NCBI RefSeq assembly: GCF_009914755.1 | Contig: NC_060930.1 | Length of the DNA stretch: 64,000 nt | Source: the human T2T-CHM13v2.0 reference genome, Homo sapiens | Reading direction: 5' to 3' (one strand) | Position numbers and translations under genes: made by a program | Notes under the pieces: generated by a model | What the model was told of the DNA's origin: nothing | The model's input: the letters and a program-made list of their open reading frames with translations, nothing else | The model's database searches: none | Shown here: positions 55,800-64,000 of the stretch, piece after piece | Layout: every line of letters starts with the position of its first letter | Position numbering within the stretch: the stretch's first letter is position 1

Positions 55800-56880
55800 A
55801 TTTTTTAAACAGCTATATTGAGATATAATTCACGAACTATACACTTTACCATTTAAAGTTTGCAATTCAGTGATTTTAGTATATTTAGAAATTTGTGCAA
55901 CCATCATCACAAATCTAATTTTAGAATTTTTTTTTTAACCAGGAAAAGAATCTATTAGCATTCAGTTCCCATCTCCCCATCTGCTCTAGGTGATCAATAA
56001 TGTATTTTGTGTCTATGCATTTGCCTTTTCTGTATATTTCTTATAAATGGTAATGACCAATATGTTGTCTTTGTGACTGTCTTGTTTTTAGCATAATTTT
56101 TTAAGGTTAGTCCATTTAGTGGCATGCGTCAGTATGTCATTCCTTTGTATCGCCATCTAATCTTTCATTGTACAGATGTAACATATTTCATTTATCCATT
56201 CCTCAGTTGATAGACATTTGGATTATTTCCATTTTTAAATTTTTATTAATGCTACTGTAACATTTTTGGACAACTTTTCTGTAGATACATATTTTCAATT
56301 TTCTTCAGAACATGGAAGAATTGGAATTGATGGGTCATATGATAAATTTATATTTAACATTTTGAGGACTTGCCAAAATAGTTTCCAAAATTGCTGGATG
56401 ATTTTACATTTTCACTAGCAACATATTAGGGTTCCCATTTCTCTACAACTTAATGGAAAATTATTGTCTATATTTTTATTATATTTGATCTAGTGGTTGT
56501 AAAGTGGTAGCGTTTTCAAGTTTAGACTTGTATTTTTTTTTAAATGACTAATGATGTCAAGTATATTTTTGTGTGCTTACAGGCCACTGCTGTCTTCTTT
56601 GAAGAGGTAACTACTTAAATGCTTTGCTCATATTTTAATGTGTTTATTTCTGTATTGTTATTGAATTGTAAGTGTTCTTTATAAATTCTGGCTAAAAGTA
56701 CCTTACCAGATACATGATTAACAAGTGTTTTCTTACATTGTATATAACAATATGATTTGCAACAAAAAATAAACTGATTTGCAACAAAAAATAAACTTAA
56801 TTTTGTCAGGCATATTTTGATGTGCATTCATTTATTCATTCACTTGTTTTTTTGTGTGTTTATCATATCATTTGTACTTT
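55800..56880 (-). mobile_element. L1MB-type 3' fragment
   Basis: ACAGCTATATTGAGATATAATTCAC...TTGTGCAACCATCATCACA...TTTATCCATTCCTCAGTTGATAGACATTTGG. Confidence 0.85.
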
Positions 56881-56888
56881 TGATTTTA

Positions 56889-57017
56889 CAGGTATACCTC
56901 AAAGATATTGTGGGTTCTATTTCAGATCATCACAATAAAACAAATGTCACAATAAAGTTAGCCATTAAGATTTTGGTTTTCTAGTACATATACAAGATAT
57001 GGCTACACTATACTGTC
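56889..57017 (-). mobile_element. Tigger1 terminal fragment
   Basis: TA followed by CAGGTATACCTCAAAGATATTGTGGGTTC...CACAATAAA...TACACTATACTGT, the reverse complement of the Tigger1 3' end. Confidence 0.85.
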
Positions 57018-57394
57018 AACTATCACAGCAGCAGAGATCAGAGTTACTGGTGGCCTGCCCCTCTCAGAATGAAACTGTAGTCCTAGAATAGGAGTTGGGG
57101 GGTGAAGGAACTTCTTTGCTTTGGAGCTTCTGAGCTTTTGTGACGCTTTGTTGGGTGGGAATGAGGGAGGAATTAAGGGAACAATCAAGACTCAAATACC
57201 ACAGACTCTTGTCTCTGATTACCATAAGGTTCTAATAGGTGTTTCTCCCTTTTTTGTATGCCATTTAAGACAATGTCAAAGACTTTATTTTTTTCTTTTT
57301 TTATAAATAACTTTCAGCAGTTAAATTTATGTTCCTCTGGTGAGAGGACATGCTGAGCAACTCTTACCACCATTTTGGAAATCTTTTCTAGCCC

Positions 57395-57589
57395 AATCAA
57401 CATAGCGAGACCCCCATTTCTACAGAAAAATAAGAAAAAAAATAGCCATGTGTGGTGGCACGGGCCTGTAATCCTAGCTACTCTGTAGGCTGAGGCAGGA
57501 GCATCACTTGAGTCCAAGAGTTCGAGGCTGCTGTGAGCTATGATTGTGCCACTGAACTCTAGCCTAGGTGACTAAGAATCTGTTTCAAA
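57395..57589 (+). mobile_element. AluJ, 5'-truncated
   Basis: CAACATAGCGAGACCCC...GCATCACTTGAGTCCAAGAGTTCGAGGCTGCTGTGAGCTATGAT, AluJo-type right arm. Confidence 0.9.
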
Positions 57590-58174
57590 GTAATTTGTTT
57601 TTAAAGTTTGTATTTTTTTCCATTTTGCTAGTTGTATTCCAAATAAAATAGTTTTTGAACCAATAAAGATAAGTTCACTCTTTATCATTGTCATAGTCCT
57701 CTTCTCTCCATCCCTTCATCTGAGCTGGGCCTATTGAACGCTCACTCTGATAAATGGCAATGGTTAGAGTTGAAATATAAGAGGGCTGAGGCCTCTCCCT
57801 AAGGGGCTTGGAGATTTTCCAGTTAGGCTTGTTTTTGTCTTTTTAAGGACACATGAACAGATTATACAACTTTTTTTGTGAATAGTATTTATTAGAAGAG
57901 GTCATTGGTACGATATTTCTTTTAGTCGTTTCACGCAAATTATTTTATCTTATTTTCCCTAATAAAGTTTAATTGCTGATACAATTTGTCCATGAAGATT
58001 GGCTAGGGGTAACTAAAATTCACTTTACCTACAAATTAAATTAGCACATAAGTTATTCTTTAAAACCTACTAGAAATGTCTCCCTAAATAATGTATTTGT
58101 TCCTATTGTTCTCTTATTCAAAAGAATCATGCTGTTCTAAAATAATTATACTTATACCCTAATTTCTACCTTAA

Positions 58175-58502
<328 letters not shown>

Positions 58503-59814
58503 CGAACTTATTTCTACCATGGCATCTATCTTTCACCAAAGTTATACTGAAATACCATCCAAAAATGTGTTTATTTTTATTTCTATATTTATGATCTTTA
58601 GACACACTAATGTCTAATTCGAAAGATTTGGCTTATTGTAGTTCCACTATTTTAGCACAAAGTTAATTTAAATATTTGAAACAAATAGGACATAAAATGG
58701 TGAAAATTGTACTGCTGCTCACATTATTAAATGTTTTAACTATTAGAATATTCTTTTGCTGTCATTTTGAACAGTACTAGAATTCAATACAAGTTTATCA
58801 GATATTTAGAATCATCCCAGCATATTACATATGGTGTTGCTAAAATGTGGACTTAAACCTATTGCAGCAGCTCAGAGCATGCTCACAAACCAATATGTAA
58901 ATAAAGAAAACGTAACTAGCAAATGGAATTCTCTGATTCTGTTCAGTTTGAGAAGGAAATATGCAATGGGAGGGATACATCAAGTACACTGATTTTCTCT
59001 ACAGATTACCTATTTTTCCAAAAATGTAATCAGTTTTTATTTATCTATGCTTCAAAAAATAGCACTAAGATGGATAATTGCAATCCAGGATTCAGGCAAA
59101 TTAAAACTGTATTTCATTCATAATTATTAAGTTACATGTAAGTCCCATACATGTAATTGTATAACACAAAGATCATACAATAGCTCTGACTTCAAAAAAA
59201 GGCTGCCACCTCAGCTTATTATTCTCATATCAAGGCCTTTATATTGATGTTCTTTCTCAGTTCTTGTGCGTTTCCCTGAACTAGGTTTTCAGGATAACAA
59301 AATCTGTTGTTTTTCTTCTAAATTACATTTTTACTAGTGTTCAGTTTAATCTAATTGCACCTTCTCCTTAAAAAAAGTAAAAAAAAAAATTGAGGTACTA
59401 GCAGGATGTTTAGATATTTATAGCTTGTTTTATTTGAAAAATCTTGGATAAACAACAACTTTTTTGTTGTTTCTGGTGTTTGTTTTGTGTTATCATCTCA
59501 GTGACACTGAGGCCTCTTTTTCTGGCCATGGGGGGAAGATCTCTCAAAGAGCTAAATAATATAGAATCTATTTAACAATATAATTTAGTTTATTTTTAAT
59601 TTCTGAAAAATCTACTTTGGGGAATACTGCCCTTGACATAACTGGAACCTGCCCCACCAACCTTGTTGTCTTTCTATTTTCCTTATATTCCTATTATTTC
59701 TCCCTAGTACAGTAGACAGGAAGGGCAATCAAATGCAAAATAGCAATGTGAAAGATACACAAAATGATTTTTCTCATTCAATCTTATTTTGGTTGTTCCT
59801 AAATGGTACTATGT

Positions 59815-59985
59815 AATAGCAATAATTATCACATGGTGTGTTTACTATGTGTCAGTGTGTGTACTAAGCACTATGAATAGATTATTGCACTGATTCCTAT
59901 ACTCACCTTATGTTGTAATTACTATCATTCTCAGTTTGCAGTTGATGAAACTGACATACAGAGAGTATAGGTGACTTTTCTGCCT
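59815..59985 (-). mobile_element. MIR SINE
   Basis: GTGTTTACTATGTGTCAG...CTAAGCACT...GTTGATGAAACTGACATACAGAGAG...GTGACTT. Confidence 0.65.
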
Positions 59986-60859
59986 ATATTGTGAATATGA
60001 AAATGTATAGGGACAAGTACACATACATCAAGAAGACTGAATGCAAATAAAAGTTTGTTGAATAACACAAGGAAAGGCTGTTAATTTGTAACATTATTTA
60101 ATTATTCATGTCTTATGGTATGCCAGAGGACAAAATCAAATTAAGAGAACTTTATTTGGGTTTAGATTTCAATTTAATTTTCTATCCATTATTACAAGTA
60201 TATCCACAAGGATTCAATGTGCCTAACAGAAGCTTGGTGGTCACTGGGAAAAGAGCCCCCCATAGTAATATTTTTTTCCTGTCTTTTTCCTGCCTTTAAT
60301 ATATCCTCCCATTTGCTCATATTGCCTTTTCTAAATACATCTGAAACACGGTATGTTTTACTGTAGTCTTCTGGTATTCAGATTGGAAATACACACACAC
60401 ATGTATGCGTGCTCGCTCGCACTCTCTTTCATACGTTCTTCAATCAAAAACTTTTAAAACAACAAAGAATGGCTAAGCAGATAATCCATTTGCAGGCCAT
60501 CTTTAAAAGCTATTATTTCAGTTCTTGCTTTTTCATTCACTGTGTCCTTGTGACAAACATATTTTCAAGTACATTCCTAAAGTAACAAACATAAGGCTAA
60601 ATGAAAAGCCTAGAATAAACTCAGAAATGAAGAGAATAAAAAAGATCTCTATTTCTGGTATTGTTCTCTCAATGCCAGGTCTCATGGAAGAACAATATAA
60701 GGTGATAAAGTAAAAAATAAACAAATAGTTCATAGGGTGATTTTATGTTTTAAAATATGTATTTCAAAGCAGATTCATTATTGTTTTAACTAAGGCCTGA
60801 GTAAACTGGAGACAGGGGCAAATGAATAAGCTGTATCGGTCCATGATAATCATCTTTCT

Positions 60860-61275
60860 TATCACTCTCTCTTGCTCACTCGGGTCCAACCATATAGTCC
60901 CTTTCAGGTTCATGAATACAACATATGCTCACTTGACTCAAGGATTGTTTATGTGTCTTTCCTTCCAGATATCAATTTTCTCATTATCTCACTTCCTTCA
61001 GATCACTTCTCAATGTCAATTTATTTGAGAAGTTTCCTCTGATAACTTTCTATCAGATAGGACCCATTCCTATACCTAATCTTTTACCCTGCTGTATTTT
61101 CTCAGTAACATCTTTTTATTCCTAATATATAAATATTCATTGTTTTGCCTACTATTTGTTGCTCTAGCAGAGTGAAACCCTAACAGGCATTGTTTTATCT
61201 TCTGTTACACCTCCAATACAGAGAACATTGCCTAGTATATGACAAGAACTCATAATTATTTGAAGAGAGAATAAA
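60860..61275 (+). mobile_element. L2 3' end
   Basis: CTCTCTTGCTCACTC...CACTTCCTTCAGATCAC...AACATTGCCTAGTATATGACAAGAACTCATAATTATTTGAAGAGAGAATAAA. Confidence 0.7.
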
Positions 61276-64000
61276 GTAAATAGGGGAGAAAACATATTCT
61301 CTTTCAATGATCTCACTATGCATTCTAACCTAATTACCAGACACCTTGGCAAATTTGTAAACCACAGAAGAAAATAGAAGGATTAGAATGCATTACATTT
61401 CTTTATGTTTCCTGTCTCACTTTGGCTAGAATCACTCCAAATTATTTTTGTCCATAGCCTATACACAATTATTTCTTTAAAATTGGGTGTTCAGTCACTA
61501 ATATTGTTCTATATTGGAAAGAAAATAATTCAAAATAGTATCAGAATAAAATTTGACCAAGGTTATCTTTAGGCTTTACAATTAAATAGTTTGTGACTCT
61601 CTTTATTTTGCTTATTTTGGAAAAAAATGGGCCTTTATAAAACCTGTATAATACATTAAAGACCATACATTTGTGATTTTAGATTGCTTATAATTTCCCC
61701 TACAATTTACTCTATAAAAAAGATTATTTAAAAGAAAGAAAAGCAAAAGATACTCAGATTGTTGTTGGTTTTTTTTCCTCCTCAGCTGGTTTTGGCTGCT
61801 CAATTTTAACACTCCCCAGAGAGCTCTCAGACATTTATGTGATTTAATGGCCTACTATTATTAAGTCAGAAATATTTTATTTTACATTGAGATTGCCATA
61901 ACCATTGCATTAACATTTGAGTAATAGGCAATAACACTGAGAATGTATCAATGTATCATTTAGTGAATTAATCTGTATTCCCTTCCTAGGACTTGCTTAT
62001 TGATGATGCAGGATAAATGTAATAGTAACAATAAGTCATCAAACATTCTGGCAGACCTGTCAGGAAGAGGAGATGGGGGTGCATGGAAGTGAGCTTGTTG
62101 AGAGACAGTTCAATGCAGAAGAAATGACATATGTCATATTTTCCCCACAGTGAAATGATAGAGTACATGGGGATAGCTTAGTGATCAGCAATGTGTGCAA
62201 GTTTTGTTTGCCTAGAGCCTGTGGTTGTGTTTCTGGTTACCCTATGTAGCAAAATAATAATGAGTTAATTGAAATAGCAATCAAATTCTGTAGGAAATAA
62301 ATCATCTAGAATAAAAGAAAAAATGAAAAAATTAGAAATCACATTTAACTGTAAATAATATCTCCTAGCTGTCTATCAGTCCACAAATTAGGGTGACGTA
62401 TATTCAAGGCAGAAAAAAAAATAGATTTGTTGTGCATGTACAGGAAGAAAATATTAGAACTTCCATTTATATGCATATTTATCTAAACATAAGAAAACAT
62501 GGACTCATTTTCATTAAAGTGTGTAATATTCAGATTGATATGTATGTGTTCATGGTATGCTGTGTACAAGTTATCCTGAAGAAGAATAGGAGGTCCTATA
62601 ATAGGCAAGTTTGCCAATGGCTGCCAGACTCCTTTGTGGAGCTCAGACTGTTAATTTCAGTATACTGTGATGTTGAGCATATCCAATTAAGTTGATTTAA
62701 GAATATTTTCTGGGTTTAGTAAAATGTGTCCTATAAAACTGACAAGTGAAAAAAAAAAAACAAAACTCAAACCAACATGAACAAACTGTGGAATAAAATG
62801 AGAGTAATAAGAACAAAGTATAAAAGAAAATAGCATCACTGATATTTTTCAGAGTATAACTATCTAAACCATATTATGAAGAATAGTAGTCTAATATGAT
62901 GAACACCAACCCCCAAAAGCTCAAAATCACAACAATTTAAAATATTAATATTTACCTGGTTTCATTAATGATAAATCAGAACTTACACACTGTGTTTTAA
63001 GATGTGAATGGCTGTATAAAGCCGTGAAAATAAATAAGACATTCCAAAATTAAGCATCTTGACAATGAAGAGAACCAAAATTTTTGAGAAACATCTCAGG
63101 TCATGCAACTCCCAGTCCAGTATTTCATGCAAGGTCACCAAACAACCCTAAAGAGTTAGAATTTTATTGGAAAAATTCTCACTTAAATAGCAAAAGGCCT
63201 AAATCCACAAACAATTACATAAATATCCTTTTTTTTTTTTGCTATGGTAAAAGTGGTTTAAACACTATCAAGAAAAGAAAAACAGAATTAGAAGTCTCTT
63301 GTCTGCGAACACAAAAATAATGTATAAAAATTGTTGGAAATTTACAAAGCAAGCATTAAAACACATTTATTGTGTGAAACACTTTTTTCTTTGAATTTAA
63401 AGTACATATGCTGCTTCTGTCATAATATAGAGAAAACCATTGAATGAAAGATGCAGTGGAGAAGATAAATTATAAAAGATTGCCCACAGGAGAAATAATG
63501 TACAACTTAAAAGCACTTACTTCATTAATGATAAGCAAGGTAAACAAGGTACTGCAGCAAAAAAGGTTAATAACTGGAAGCATCACTGGCAATACGTGGT
63601 TTCAATACTTGTGTTGTTGGTGAAGAGACCCGCTATACCAGAAGATTGTGCAGAAATCCGTGTAAGAGAGGTTCAAGCATTGGGCCCGGATTTAACAAAC
63701 GTAATGGAAGAGGTCAAGTTTCAGAGATATTAGAGAAGCAAGGCTCAAAAAATGTGCTGGCAGATAGTATGTGGAATATGTGGAAAATATTGAAATTGAA
63801 GATGATACTTAGATTAAAATTTTGTCAAGTGCAACTGAATGGATGATGATACCATAGTTGCTTTCGGTTAAGAGCATCAAATCAAACATACTAAAACTAT
63901 GCTCTATTATATGCATGATGAAGTCTGGAGAGTGTTCTGGAAAATCCAGCAAAGTTTAAATAAATATTCTTTCATAGTCTATACATTTTTCTATTTAAGT

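Noticed and set aside
62124-62137. Perfect 14-bp palindrome ATGACATATGTCAT
   Set aside because: Several palindromes of this length are expected by chance in 64 kb of AT-rich DNA.

Overview
Primate (human-like) nuclear genomic DNA: AT-rich, CpG-depleted and roughly half interspersed repeats, typical of a gene desert or a very large intron. I cannot recognise any protein-coding exon, RNA gene, CpG island or CRISPR-like array. Every ORF in the track that I can assign comes from a repeat (L1 ORF1/ORF2, Tigger1, THE1-int, Alu) or from low-complexity DNA; the rest look like chance ORFs. Main content: a near full-length old L1 (~16.0-22.6 kb) with a 23-bp minisatellite inside ORF2; a full-length Tigger1 interrupted by an AluY; Tigger3b nested in an L2; a THE1 provirus head-to-head with a THE1 solo LTR; a stack of L1M pieces (36.6-42.7 kb); 10 Alu copies or fragments; and MLT1/MST/MER74-like LTRs, MER3, MIR and L2 relics. 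Subfamily names come from recalled consensus features and need RepeatMasker confirmation. I found no evidence of a new multi-gene system. The most unusual signals are mutational footprints: (1) an AluY with about 12 transversions but only 3 CpG transitions; (2) a 27-nt templated insertion, copied from 3.5 kb away, inside a 292-bp tandem duplication; (3) a fold-back junction at an Alu 5' end that appears to have seeded a (TG)n repeat; (4) a twin-priming-like inverted L1MA. There are also CpG-retaining candidate regulatory patches and weak candidate minus-strand exons.
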